From Candidatus Bathyarchaeota archaeon (lineage in GTDB: Archaea; Thermoproteota; Bathyarchaeia; Bathyarchaeales; Bathycorpusculaceae): a DNA stretch of 64,000 nt. A program made the translations under genes and the position numbers. Every line of letters starts with the position of its first letter. The stretch's first letter is position 1. The DNA lies in assembly GCA_963782525.1 (NCBI GenBank), contig CAWAKC010000004.1, positions 32,001 to 96,000 of the forward strand, in the 5' to 3' direction. The notes below the pieces were generated by a model. That model ran no database searches and had not been told where the DNA came from. It saw nothing but the letters and a program-made list of their open reading frames with translations. Shown here in pieces: positions 39,265-49,775 of this stretch.

Positions 39265-41355
39265 TTATCTTTCGATTGAAATTCTGCTGACTCCGCCTTC
39301 TTTTTCAAGAGTAATAACATGGTCAGCTTTTGCGGCAAACGCTTCACTGTGGGTGACGGCGATTATTTGTTCGATCGCTTTGAATCGGCTGATGGCTTCA
39401 GCTAACCGTTCTATGCTGCCATCTTCGCTGCCCAAGTTCTCGGTGGGTTCATCAAGCATCAGCATACTTAAGCCATGGCCTGTCCTTGATTGCATAATCA
39501 GTTGCCCCAAGCCTAGCCGATAGGCAAACGCTAAAAGTGTGCGTTCTCCGCCTGAGAGGTTACTGACTTCGCGTTCAACGTCAGTTTCGCTCTTCACATA
39601 AGGTGTGTAAGTCTCGTCGATAACCACGTTAAGCATCGGGGTTTCACCGCAAACTAAACTATCAAGAACCTGCTGAACAAAGTTACGCAGGACCTTCACG
39701 AATTCGCTTCTCAGTTTGGGCTGGATGCTTCGGTAAGCAACTCGAATAGCATCGAGGATTTCAACGGTTCTGCGGATTTTCTCCATGCGCTCCATCTTTT
39801 CCTGCGCCAAGTTGATGCGTTCTTTGTTATCATCTAAACGTTGGGCGAGGTCTTTTTTCCGGTTCTCCTTTGTGCGTAAATCTGATTCTATGGCATAATA
39901 TTGTTTGAGAGCATGTTCCCTGTGCACCCTGGTTTCTTCAACATCGGAGACGTTGAATTTGCCGATTTCAAACTGCACCACCTGCAACTGTGAGTGAAAA
40001 TCCGCCTCAAGTTTCTGTTTCTCAGCAAATTCAGTTATGAGGCTGGCGAGGTTGTTTTCTTCTTCTCCTATTCTTGCTTTCAAATCGGCATCCCGAGTGA
40101 AACAGGTTTGTAAACTCGAAAATGCTTCAGAAGCCACTGCCTTTGTTTTCTGTAGGTCAGCAACATCCAGCCTAAGCTTGTTAATCGTTTTTTCCCGTTC
40201 AATGTTTTCCTGTTTTATCCTCTGCAGTAAACCTATTTTATAATCGCCAGTTAAGGGCTGAACACATAGGGGACACTTATCTTCCTCTGATAATTGCCCA
40301 ACTCTTTTCTGGTCGGTCTGCAGACTCCGCGTTGTTGCTTCCTGCTCAGCCTTTAAACTGCTGATTTTATCGTCAAACCCGGCTAAACAAGAACCCAACT
40401 GCTCTAAGGGCTGATTAGCTGGTAATCCTGCTTGCTCAAGCTTCACCAAACACAGCTTTATCTGAGAATCCAGCGAGCTTTTGCGCTGCCGCAAATTATC
40501 CACTATGGTTTTCTTGCCTTCAATACGCTGGTTAATCGAAGCTAACGTTGCAGTCATGTTGCTTATATCGGCGTTTATTCGTGTTTCTTTGCGCTTAAGC
40601 TCCTCTACGGCGAGTTTTTTCTCTTCCAACTGTTTGAGCTCGGCGTTTGCTTCATCCAGCGCCCTCTTCGCCACTGATAGCTTCTGGGTTGCTGTCTCCA
40701 AATCCATCTCTAGGAGCGTGAATTCTTCGCTTGCACGGTTGTAGTCGTTGCTGAGTTTTTCTACACCGAGAACATCAGGGTCTTTTTCATAAATCCTCTT
40801 CTCTGTATCGTAATCACGTTGGTATTGGGCAATGTTGCTCCATGCAACCTCATAATCGGACAACCCAAATAATTCATCCAACCGAGTCTGCCTATCCCGC
40901 GGCTTAGCATCAAGCAGGTCCTTGAGGTGTTCCTGTCTAAACCAGACGATTTCGCGGTAAAGGTCCCTGTCAAGCCCCGTGATGGCTTTAAACTGTTCAG
41001 CAATGGCTTCCATTTTCATGCTTGCCACCAGCCTGTCGTCCTCGTAGAGTTTGAGTTGTTCAAGGTCTTGGCTGATGCTTTTGCCCTTACGTTTTAAGCC
41101 TCGGGTTAACTTGTAAGTGCTGCCGTTTTGGGCAAACTGCACCGTAACTCTGCACCAGTCAGCGTCTTCCCGCATGAGGTACTCAAAGCTTCTGCTGCCG
41201 ATTGTGTCGCCGAAAAGTGCAAAATCGATGGCGTACATAACGCTGGATTTACCGCAGCCTACCCCGCCGACTAAGCAGTTAAACCCATGTGTGAAGGGTA
41301 CGGTGGATTTTGTGTGGCTGCGTATGTTTTCGAGCTGCACTATTTCGATTTTCAT
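39265..41355 (-). CDS. rad50: DNA double-strand break repair ATPase Rad50
   Basis: GGVGCGKSS Walker A, coiled coil with CPLC Zn hook, LSGGE, LDEPT, VTH. Confidence 0.92.
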   Translation of the reverse strand: MKIEIVQLENIRSHTKSTVPFTHGFNCLVGGVGCGKSSVMYAIDFALFGDTIGSRSFEYLMREDADWCRVTVQFAQNGSTYKLTRGLKRKGKSISQDLEQLKLYEDDRLVASMKMEAIAEQFKAITGLDRDLYREIVWFRQEHLKDLLDAKPRDRQTRLDELFGLSDYEVAWSNIAQYQRDYDTEKRIYEKDPDVLGVEKLSNDYNRASEEFTLLEMDLETATQKLSVAKRALDEANAELKQLEEKKLAVEELKRKETRINADISNMTATLASINQRIEGKKTIVDNLRQRKSSLDSQIKLCLVKLEQAGLPANQPLEQLGSCLAGFDDKISSLKAEQEATTRSLQTDQKRVGQLSEEDKCPLCVQPLTGDYKIGLLQRIKQENIEREKTINKLRLDVADLQKTKAVASEAFSSLQTCFTRDADLKARIGEEENNLASLITEFAEKQKLEADFHSQLQVVQFEIGKFNVSDVEETRVHREHALKQYYAIESDLRTKENRKKDLAQRLDDNKERINLAQEKMERMEKIRRTVEILDAIRVAYRSIQPKLRSEFVKVLRNFVQQVLDSLVCGETPMLNVVIDETYTPYVKSETDVEREVSNLSGGERTLLAFAYRLGLGQLIMQSRTGHGLSMLMLDEPTENLGSEDGSIERLAEAISRFKAIEQIIAVTHSEAFAAKADHVITLEKEGGVSRISIER

Positions 41356-42554
41356 TCGGTCAGCTCCTCGATGGCTTGCTTCACTTTGTCGTCCTGTTTG
41401 CGGGTTAAGGGCTCAATTAAGTCTAGGGCGGCTTTAGCGATTTTTTCCGCTTCTTCTTTGCCGTAACGGGCAGAAAAAATTTCCACAAAATATTCAAAAC
41501 CCTTGGTTTTTAGGTCTTTAAAGTTGCCCTCGAATATGGACCGCACGATTTCGTCAGCAACCGCCGTTTCCTTTAGCAGAACGATTGGGTGAACAAGCAG
41601 GGCTTTTGGGGCAGCGCCTCGGATTTTTCCCACGTCGATTTCTGTTCGGCTTGCCTCAGGGGGTAGCGTTCCTTTGAGAACTGGAATTATCACTGCGCCT
41701 TCCGTTTCTGAGTCTCGAACCATTTGGGTCGCTAACTCAGTGATTTTGGCTGAAGACATGCCCGAGAAATCTTGTTCAGCAATGACGAATCTGCGGGGAG
41801 AAGCCAGCTCGATTAGTTCAGGTTGAACCTGGCCTTTCTCATCAACCTTTACATGGTAAAATCCTTTAGGGTACTTGGCTTCACTGTAGCTGACTGTTTC
41901 TGTGCAGCCGCTGTAAACCAAAAATCCATCCTTAAACTTGCCCAGATACCTTTCATGAACGTGACCAGCCGCGTAATAACAAAACCCGCTTGGCAACTCG
42001 TCAGGCAGGATTTCTGCTTCAAAAGGTCCCTTGAGGCTTGGAATATCTATGGCACCGTGAAAAACAAAGATGTTGGCTACGCCAGCTTTAGGAGTTGGTG
42101 GATTTTCCTCCATGAATTTTGGCAATGCTTCCTGCGTTTTGTGGCGGTTATGGTAGGTTGGGATGCCGTAGACGTAGCAGCGATCCGGTTTGCTCCAGCA
42201 TGCACCCTGATGCCTGGGCAAATGAGTGATTAAACCTGCGCTGTCAAGGGGATAGAGGATTGTGCTCGTTATGGTGTTTGGGGCAGAATCATGTGACCCG
42301 TCAACCGTTAAAACTGGGATGTCTGCATCTTTTAGCCGCTTAAAACTGCGTATAGTGTTTTCGAGGGTGTGGTTAGATGGTCTGGCTTGGTGAAAGAGGT
42401 CGCCGGCGATAATCATGAAGTCGGGTTTGAGCTCGATTGTTTTATCCACGACTTCCTTGAATGCGTCGTCAAAGTCTTGCCTTCGCGCTTCTAACCCGTA
42501 TTGAGAATACCCCAAATGCAGGTCTGCTGCATGGACAAAGCTGAACGGCTTCAA
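41352..42554 (-). CDS. mre11: DNA repair nuclease Mre11
   Basis: ADLHLG, AGDLFH, GSHD, AGHVH, YSG. Confidence 0.92.
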   Translation of the reverse strand: MKPFSFVHAADLHLGYSQYGLEARRQDFDDAFKEVVDKTIELKPDFMIIAGDLFHQARPSNHTLENTIRSFKRLKDADIPVLTVDGSHDSAPNTITSTILYPLDSAGLITHLPRHQGACWSKPDRCYVYGIPTYHNRHKTQEALPKFMEENPPTPKAGVANIFVFHGAIDIPSLKGPFEAEILPDELPSGFCYYAAGHVHERYLGKFKDGFLVYSGCTETVSYSEAKYPKGFYHVKVDEKGQVQPELIELASPRRFVIAEQDFSGMSSAKITELATQMVRDSETEGAVIIPVLKGTLPPEASRTEIDVGKIRGAAPKALLVHPIVLLKETAVADEIVRSIFEGNFKDLKTKGFEYFVEIFSARYGKEEAEKIAKAALDLIEPLTRKQDDKVKQAIEELTE

Positions 42555-42855
42555 ACTGGCATACTCCCTTTGCTCCCCTTTATGCTGTGTTAGTTGGTTT
42601 GCTGGTTTTAAAGCGTTTTTGCATGTTTTCTGTTAAGGTTTTTCCTTGTGTTTTCAAGAACCATTGCTTTTCAGCATGCATTTGGTTGGAAAATCGCCAA
42701 TCACGACCTACCCTCTTTAGGGATTCTAAACTAAGGTAACCTACCTTTAGGCTTCTGCATAGAGTTTCTATTAGGCTCCAGAAGGTTGGTACCGCAGTCT
42801 ACTCTCTACCGTTTCAACATAGAACCACTATTAGGATCCAAATAGGCTCAGCTAA

Positions 42856-43825
42856 TTAGACCCCGAAAAAATAAATTCTTAAAGCCAAAAACGGAACAAC
42901 TACAACCAAACCAAACAGTGCAGCTGTAACTTTCATCATTCTCAAAGCCTTTGGGATATGTTCATGCGAAATTCCATAGTCATCGCCTAATGTGTAGTGG
43001 CCTTGTTTTTCAAGCTGAATGTTCAAGGCTCCTGCCATAGCTGAGATTGTGTAGCCTGCGTTGGGGCTTGCGGTTTTGTGTTTGTCACGTTGCAGGATCC
43101 GGTAGGATTCACGCCAATCCTCACGCACAATGAATGCGGCCGCAACCATCAAGTAGGCTGTTACGCGCGGGAATATAGTTGGTTATTGTATCCATTTTGG
43201 CGGAGAACCAACCGATGTTTTTGAATTCCAAGTTCTTGTAGCCAACCATCGAATCTAAAGTGTTAATTACTCGATAGGCAAAAGCTCCTGGAACTCCGAA
43301 AAGCGCGTAGAAGAAGAAGGGTGCTGTTATGCCGTCTGTGGTGCTTTCGGCAATGGATTCGACGGCTGCAGAAATAATCTGGCGTTCATTTAGGCTGTTT
43401 GGGTCACGCCTAACAATATAGGGCAACCATTTTCGTGCGCCAGCTAAATCTTTCTGTTTGAGGGTTTTTGCTATGGGAAGGGTATATTGTCCCATGCCTC
43501 TGATAGCGAAGGTTGCTTTGAACAGGATTGCGCCGACGATTACGTAGAATATTTCGCCGTAGGGCAAGGTTCTTAACCAGAAAAGTAACGCTAAAACTGG
43601 GAGCGCGACAACCATCATGATTGCTAATGCCATTAAAACGCCGTTTGCTTTCTCAATCCGTGGATTTGAGCTCTTTGCTCTACGTTTAAGGTATGAAATC
43701 ATTTTTCCTATGCCAATGGTTGGGTGAATCCTATTAGGGTACTCCCCAAAAACCAAGTCGATTAAGAAAGCTAAAGCAAAAATCAAAATTGAATCCAAAA
43801 GCAACGAGAGGTTAAGCGCAAGCAT
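42856..43825 (-). pseudogene. cbiB: Cobinamide-phosphate synthase CbiB, split by a 1-nt frameshift near 43165 (possibly sequencing error)
   Basis: HPT, ESIAES..DG, YRVINTLDSMVGY, NYIPAR | SPNAG...AMAGAL in two frames. Confidence 0.8.
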
Positions 43826-43834
43826 AGCGATGAA

Positions 43835-44998
43835 TCAAACTGCCTTTAATGTTTGCTTGAATGCTTCAATCAACCGCTCATTCTCCACATGAGTCTTGAT
43901 AGCAACCCGAATGTAAAACTGGTCAAGTCCCTTAAATGATGTGCAATCTCGAATTAGAATACCCTGCTTGAGCATTCTGTTCTTTATTTCTGCTGCGGTT
44001 AGGCCTGACTTTCGAATTTCGATGAAGAAGAAGTTTGCATCTGGAGTAGAAAATTTGAATGAACCAAATTTTTCCATCTCACTTTGTAGCCACGCTTTCT
44101 CTTTTTCGATAAGCTCACATGTCACTTTGAGGTGTTCTTCATCTTTTAGTGCAGAAACGGCAGCCGCTTGAGCTAAACAGTTAACATTCCATGGAATCTT
44201 GGCACACGAGAGTATGTTTATAATACCTTCGTTGGCAATACCGTAACCAACTCGCAAACCCGTTAACCCATAAATCTTTGTGAAGGATCGCAGAATGAAC
44301 AGGTTGGGAAACTGCTTGATTCTGCCTATCATTGTCAGATTCTTTTTGTCTTCAACAAACTCTAAAAAATCCTCATCGAGGAAAACAAGAGTGCTTTGTT
44401 TTAGGGCTGTTTCAATGATGTCTGTAAGTGTTTCTTTGGGGATGAGTTTACTAGTTGGGTTGTTTGGATTGCAGAGAAAAACCAGCTTTGCATCAGCCAT
44501 CTCATGTTTAAAGGCTTCTGAGTCAATGTTGAAGGCTTTGTTTAGTTTGGCGAATTTGGGTATTATCCCAGTTTTGCGGACTGCGCTTTCGTATTCGCCA
44601 AAAGTTGGCGCTGGCATAACTACTTTGTCACCTTCTTTTAGGAAAACCTCAGCGAACAAATACATCAGTTCAGTGGAGCCATTCCCGACAACTATGTGGC
44701 CTTTGTTGATTCCATAGTGGTTAGCTATGACTTGTCGCAGCTCGTTGGAGTTTGAGTCGGGGTAAGCTGCAATTTGGCTGAAGGCTGCCTTTGCGGCGCC
44801 CAAAGCTTTTTTGGACGGACCCAGCGGGTTTACGCTGGAACTGAAATCTAAAATATTCTGCGGCAAAAGCCCACTTTCTTCTGCAGCACCTAAAACCTCT
44901 GCACCGTGAACGCAGGGCTTTAGATTTTTAACGCTATCCTTGATTAGGCTTTCAATGGGCTTCAATGTTTTTTCCTTCAGCTGCGCCGTAAATTCCAT
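43835..44998 (-). CDS. cobD: Threonine-phosphate decarboxylase CobD (HisC-like PLP enzyme)
   Basis: DFSSSVNPLG, GNGSTEL, CNPNNPT, RSFTKIYGLTGLRVGY, IRDC; adjacent to cbiB. Confidence 0.82.
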   Translation of the reverse strand: MEFTAQLKEKTLKPIESLIKDSVKNLKPCVHGAEVLGAAEESGLLPQNILDFSSSVNPLGPSKKALGAAKAAFSQIAAYPDSNSNELRQVIANHYGINKGHIVVGNGSTELMYLFAEVFLKEGDKVVMPAPTFGEYESAVRKTGIIPKFAKLNKAFNIDSEAFKHEMADAKLVFLCNPNNPTSKLIPKETLTDIIETALKQSTLVFLDEDFLEFVEDKKNLTMIGRIKQFPNLFILRSFTKIYGLTGLRVGYGIANEGIINILSCAKIPWNVNCLAQAAAVSALKDEEHLKVTCELIEKEKAWLQSEMEKFGSFKFSTPDANFFFIEIRKSGLTAAEIKNRMLKQGILIRDCTSFKGLDQFYIRVAIKTHVENERLIEAFKQTLKAV

Positions 44999-45116
44999 GG
45001 TTTCTTGTTAACGTAAATGATATAAATGTTTGGTTGGATGTTCCAGCCTGAGAACTTGTCAGCAAAAGGGTTTTGAACAAGCGAAACAATGATAATGTAA
45101 ACGTTTTGAGCAGTAG

Positions 45117-45305
45117 ATGCATATGAGCGAAAAACTAGATAAACACAAAATCCAAGAGTTAAGACAAATGGTTAAAGACAAAGCCCCAAACCAATCCGTA
45201 GAGGAACTTCTCACAATATTTTGCTCGCGCCACGGGCTTTCTCCTGGAACATGCAAGTATTACTACAACATTTTGGTCGAAAGCGGCGATATTAAAGAAA
45301 AATAG
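45117..45305 (+). CDS. Small hypothetical protein
   Basis: 62-aa helical ORF co-oriented with dph5. Confidence 0.55.
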   Translation: MHMSEKLDKHKIQELRQMVKDKAPNQSVEELLTIFCSRHGLSPGTCKYYYNILVESGDIKEK

Positions 45306-45346
45306 CTTTAAATTTTAAGCACTTACTTACTCCATTAGGGCTCACT

Positions 45347-46144
45347 TTGAATGAACTTGTCTTCATAGGTTTAGGATTAAACGACGAAAGAGGCATAACC
45401 GTCAAGGGTTTAGAGGAAACCAAATCGGCAGACACAGTTTTTATGGAAAACTACACGAGCCGCATGCCTGACTTTAGCCTGCAACGGTTTGAAGCGTTAT
45501 GCGGCAAAAAAGTCCAAGTGGTTACAAGGCAGACACTTGAAGACGAAAATGGAACCCTGATTTTGCAAGCCGCCAAAGTAGGCAAAGCAGTGTTTTTGGT
45601 TCCTGGAGACCCCTTCATTGCAACAACCCACGTTACCCTGCGGATTGACGCAGAAAAACTGGGAATAAAAACCCGAATAGTACATGGCACATCCATCATG
45701 TCCGCAATCATAAGCCTCTCTGGATTACACAATTATAAGTTTGGAAAAACCGTCACAGTGCCCTTCCCAGAAAATTTTTCAGAAACCCCCTACAACGTTA
45801 TCGCCCAAAATAAAAAAATTGGCTTACACACTCTCTGCCTTTTAGATTTGAAAGCCAATGAAAACCAGTACTTAACCATTAACCAAGCCATAACCCTTCT
45901 AGAGGAGGTTGAGCAAAAAAAGAAAGGGGGTGTAATAATCCCTGATGCGGTTGCGGTTGGAATCGCAAGAGCTGGCAGCGACAACCCCGCCCTAAAAGCT
46001 GACTTCATAAAGGACTTAGCGAATTTTGATTTTGGAGGGCCACCCTACAGCCTCATTATCCCTGGTGAGTTGCATTTTATGGAGGTTGATTCATTAATTG
46101 CTTTTGCGGGTGCACCAGCGGAGTTTAGGCGGTTTGTAAAATGA
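45347..46144 (+). CDS. dph5: Diphthine synthase
   Basis: FIGLGL, ENYTS, GDPFIATTH, YKFGKT, LHTLCLLD. Confidence 0.95.
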   Translation: MNELVFIGLGLNDERGITVKGLEETKSADTVFMENYTSRMPDFSLQRFEALCGKKVQVVTRQTLEDENGTLILQAAKVGKAVFLVPGDPFIATTHVTLRIDAEKLGIKTRIVHGTSIMSAIISLSGLHNYKFGKTVTVPFPENFSETPYNVIAQNKKIGLHTLCLLDLKANENQYLTINQAITLLEEVEQKKKGGVIIPDAVAVGIARAGSDNPALKADFIKDLANFDFGGPPYSLIIPGELHFMEVDSLIAFAGAPAEFRRFVK

Positions 46145-46425
46145 GTTTAGAGGCGCTTACTACTAAATATATTTCTATGGCTGAAAAAGTATTCAGCGAA
46201 CTCGCTAAAAACAAAACTCCCATCGGGCTATCCGAGGAAATGGTAACTTCTGTTTTGAGTTATGCGATGGATTATTTGGAGGATGCAAAGTATTATAAGG
46301 CTCAGGGCAACCTTGAAACCAGCTTAACTTCGGTAGCTTACTGTGAAGGGCTACTTGACGCATTAAGATTAATCGGCGCAGTGAACTTCGAATGGCCAAC
46401 AAACCAAAAAGAAAAGTTGTCTTAG
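46141..46425 (+). CDS. DUF357 protein
   Basis: YLEDAKYY...YCEGLLDA. Confidence 0.85.
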   Translation: MSLEALTTKYISMAEKVFSELAKNKTPIGLSEEMVTSVLSYAMDYLEDAKYYKAQGNLETSLTSVAYCEGLLDALRLIGAVNFEWPTNQKEKLS

Positions 46426-46850
46426 CCTCAGGCGTCTTTGACCTGCTGCATTTGGGTCACGTGCGGTTTCTAGAAGAAGCCAAAAAGGGAGGGGGAGAAA
46501 ACGCTAAACTCATAGTTATCATTGCACGTGACAGCACCGTGGAAAAGATGAAGGGCAAAAAACCCATAATGTCTGAGGATCAGCGGTGTTCGCTCGTGGA
46601 GTCTTTAAAGGTTGTTGACCAAGCAGTTCTGGGTTACGAGAACTTTGATATCGGTGAGGTCATTGGCATAGTCAAGCCAGATATAATCGCTTTAGGCTAC
46701 GACCAGACCGATATGGAAACTGCAGTCCAATCATACATTGCAAAGCATAAACTGCCCGTGAAAATCGTGAAAATCGCCAAGTTTGCGGAGAATGCTTTAG
46801 ATAGTTCATCCAAGATTAAACAGAAAATAATCGACAAACTTTCCAAATGA
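46392..46850 (+). CDS. ribL: Archaeal FAD synthase
   Basis: GVFDLLHLGH, IARD, PDIIALGYDQ, SSSKIK. Confidence 0.88.
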   Translation: MANKPKRKVVLASGVFDLLHLGHVRFLEEAKKGGGENAKLIVIIARDSTVEKMKGKKPIMSEDQRCSLVESLKVVDQAVLGYENFDIGEVIGIVKPDIIALGYDQTDMETAVQSYIAKHKLPVKIVKIAKFAENALDSSSKIKQKIIDKLSK

Positions 46851-47478
46851 TTGGTTGCACGCTTATGGGATGCGAGAAGTACAAGCCAACATACATTCTA
46901 ATCGCGTTAAACGTAGCCATATACATTGTAGGCGCAATAATCGGCGGAGACGCTATTCAAACAAGCAGCACCATCTACTCGCAGTGGGGGCAAGTTAACG
47001 GTTTAGTTTTGTATGGAGGTGCATACTACCAACTGCTCACATCAATGTTTATCCACGCCTCTATATTCCATCTAGTCGGAAACATGCTTTTCCTTCTCAT
47101 CTTTGGGTTGCGGGGAGAAGAAATGTTCTCATTGCCCGAATATCTGGGCATCTATCTTCTCGGCGGCTTAGCAGGCAACCTCTTGTACCTCGGGTTTGGA
47201 CCACTTGATGTAGCCGGTATTGGAGCTTCAGGCGCAATCTTCTCACTTTTCGGTGCATGCGTAATTTACGATCGGCGCTCGGTGAGGCAATCCATTCTGG
47301 GGGCCTAGTTTTTGCCTTCTTTTTGTTCTTCATTAACGTAGAACCAGGAGTAAACATTTTAGCGCATTTAGGCGGTTTAATCTTCGGTTTAGTAGCTGGT
47401 TACTTGATAGCTTCAAGACGTAAGCCTAAGTATGAAAAAAAGCAGTTCAGGTACAGGCAGTCTAACTTGCCTTTTTAG
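46847..47478 (+). pseudogene. Rhomboid protease split by a frameshift at a G/C run near 47300 (possibly sequencing error)
   Basis: TSMFIH..HLVGNM and GASGA in one frame; AHLGGLIFG in the next frame. Confidence 0.8.
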
Positions 47479-48170
47479 CTACTTTGAGTGTAAACTTCAA
47501 CTTTGACTTTGTTACCATCTTTTAGGCACAAAGCCTTTCGCAGGCAAACGGGCGCAATTATCTCCAGCACGGAAGCGTCATAGTGGCTACGCAGGGCTGT
47601 GACTAATGCTCCTTTCACTTCATTGCCAATCACCGCGGGGTAACATTTCACCAGCCCGAAGGTTCGGTCCTGGTTTTGGAAGCCTTTCACTTCAATTGCC
47701 GGGTATCCATCCAGCTCCATGCGGGTTTTGATGTCATAATCTGATGATAATTTAAGGTTAAGCGTGCCTGGGTAGGGTTCAAAACCTAATTTTTCAATGA
47801 TTTGATTTCGGTAGGATTCTTTTCCAATATAGTATGCGCCTTCACCTAACCCTGTAAAAACAGTCCCTTCCAAAGTTACAGAAGGCGGGTAAGATTTTTC
47901 CATCAAAACCTTAAGACCCAAATACAGCTTCTGCAGCTCCCTGATTCCCTGCTCTTCAATTTTGATTAAGCTACCCTCAGGAGATATGTTGCGTACTATC
48001 CAACCTTTACGCTCGAGGTCTATTAGGTAGCGCGATGCGGTTTGTTGGGAAATCCCAAGTTTCTTAGCCAAGTATTCCGTCGAGATTTTAGCCGTTCGCT
48101 TGTAAGCGCCCATTTCAGCGAGTTTTAAGAGCATGTATAGATGCTGCCACTGCTGCTTTTCAGTCAACAC
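47475..48170 (-). CDS. ribK: CTP-dependent riboflavin kinase with N-terminal HTH (RbkR type)
   Basis: SQQTASR HTH; GLGEGAYY, PYPGTLN, EIIAP. Confidence 0.92.
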   Translation of the reverse strand: MLTEKQQWQHLYMLLKLAEMGAYKRTAKISTEYLAKKLGISQQTASRYLIDLERKGWIVRNISPEGSLIKIEEQGIRELQKLYLGLKVLMEKSYPPSVTLEGTVFTGLGEGAYYIGKESYRNQIIEKLGFEPYPGTLNLKLSSDYDIKTRMELDGYPAIEVKGFQNQDRTFGLVKCYPAVIGNEVKGALVTALRSHYDASVLEIIAPVCLRKALCLKDGNKVKVEVYTQSS

Positions 48171-48314
48171 ATGGTTCTCCAGTCACAAAGAAAAGGGCGG
48201 TTGGATATTTAAGTGGCTCGAAAACAATTTATGAAAGCAAACCTGCTCACCTTTGTGGAAAGAATCTATAAACCACAAAAAGTCAATAAATTTTAATGTA
48301 ACCCAGATAGTTGA

Positions 48315-48968
48315 ATGACTATGAGTAAGGACTTGTTTTTTGCTGTTTTTTTGATTGCTTTAGTGATCACTGGGTTGGTTGTAGCTGGCTCGTTTCCACG
48401 GGGATTCGGGCAGGCTTCTTCAAATGTTGGTGGGTTAATCAGTCAAGATACAACATGGACACCGTCTGGGAGCCCATATTCACTTGCCAACGACACACTC
48501 GTAAATCAAGGCGTAACTTTAACCATTCAACCGGGAGTCACTGTGAACTTAGGAAGCCACAGCATTGAAGTTAACGGCACCCTAACCGCCCAAGGCACCA
48601 GCAATAGCCCCATAAAATTCAATTCAGGCGCCATCAGCTTCACATCCTACTGCAATGGATACAATAAACAGATGGGCTTGGGCTGTTCAATAGAGAATGG
48701 CATTCTCAATGCAACCACAATTCTTTGCGATAATACAACGAAAATAAATCAATGCATTATAACTGCATCTGTGAAGGGCGAATTCGGCATTTATTCGTTA
48801 ACTGGGAATGCAGACGCCACCAACAATTGGTGGGGAACAAACGACACCCAAGCTATCAACCAAACCATCTGCGACAGCAAAAACGACATTATCCTTGTAA
48901 TTATAATTGCGCTTGGAATTTTGGCATTTCTACTGGTAAGGCGGAAACGGCAACATGAACGTTTTTGA
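48315..48968 (+). CDS. Secreted beta-helix-type surface protein, probably internally deleted
   Basis: QDTTWTPSGSPY, VTLTIQPGV, ATNNWWGT, C-terminal TM. Confidence 0.6.
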   Translation: MTMSKDLFFAVFLIALVITGLVVAGSFPRGFGQASSNVGGLISQDTTWTPSGSPYSLANDTLVNQGVTLTIQPGVTVNLGSHSIEVNGTLTAQGTSNSPIKFNSGAISFTSYCNGYNKQMGLGCSIENGILNATTILCDNTTKINQCIITASVKGEFGIYSLTGNADATNNWWGTNDTQAINQTICDSKNDIILVIIIALGILAFLLVRRKRQHERF

Positions 48969-49680
48969 TGAAATGGGAGTTTACTGGGCTGAGATGGCGG
49001 ATCAAAACCAAACGGAAAAGCAAGTACAATTCCTTAAAAGTCTCCTTAAGCCAGAAGGATACGTTTTGGATCTTGCCTGCGGAACTGGAAGGCACATGAT
49101 TCCCCTTAGCCATCTGGGATTTGGCATTGCGGGATTGGATATTTCCGCGAACCTTCTCAAAATCGCTAAACAACGCTCCAAAGAGATCACGGTTGTCAAG
49201 GGCGACATGCGATTTTTACCTTATAAAGCAGAAGCGTTTGAAGCTGCAATTAGCATGGACACAAGTTTTGGGTACTTGCCCACCGAACAAGACGATATGG
49301 TTGCTTTGGCAGAAACGCAAAGAGTACTAACACATAAGGGCATCTTTGTTATCGACGTTTTCAACCGCCAAGAATTAACCCACAAATACAAAGACAAAAA
49401 CCAACCCTTCAAACAGAAAGAATACCCAACCTTTTTTCTCCAACAAAAAAGAACCGTTAGCCCCGAAGGCAATTGGCTGTGCGACTTATGGATTATTCAA
49501 GACAGAGCGACCGGACGAGAATCAGTTTTTGAACATGCCGTCCGACTGTACGAACACAGCAAACTTGAAGCTATGCTGGATAAAGCTGGTTTTGCAGTTA
49601 AGAAAGTTTATGGGGGGTATGAGGGCGAAAACTTTAGCTCTGGATCACCACATCTCATTTTAATCGGTCAAAAAGTATGA
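48955..49680 (+). CDS. Class I SAM-dependent methyltransferase
   Basis: VLDLACGTGRH, GDMRFLP, TSFGY. Confidence 0.9.
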   Translation: MNVFDEMGVYWAEMADQNQTEKQVQFLKSLLKPEGYVLDLACGTGRHMIPLSHLGFGIAGLDISANLLKIAKQRSKEITVVKGDMRFLPYKAEAFEAAISMDTSFGYLPTEQDDMVALAETQRVLTHKGIFVIDVFNRQELTHKYKDKNQPFKQKEYPTFFLQQKRTVSPEGNWLCDLWIIQDRATGRESVFEHAVRLYEHSKLEAMLDKAGFAVKKVYGGYEGENFSSGSPHLILIGQKV

Positions 49681-49775
49681 TTTTCTGCTGTAGGCTTTAA
49701 AGGATGGATGATTTGTGTTAGCGCATAAAAGTTATAAGCTTGCTTGAACCGTCATTGAAGAACAGTGAACGATAG

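Noticed and set aside
39265-42554. Novel SMC-type defence system because nurA/herA are not adjacent
   Set aside because: Canonical Mre11 and Rad50 motifs including the Zn hook; separation from nurA/herA is not rare
42700-42845. CRISPR array
   Set aside because: Only two degenerate copies per motif and no cas genes in the window
43121-43170. Programmed frameshift in cbiB
   Set aside because: A single missing base restores PARLTAYLM; no slippery heptamer or stimulatory structure, and similar single indels occur elsewhere, so error or recent mutation is more likely
47290-47310. Split rhomboid as a two-gene system
   Set aside because: The break falls in a GGGGGCC run and separates the catalytic Ser and His; typical homopolymer indel
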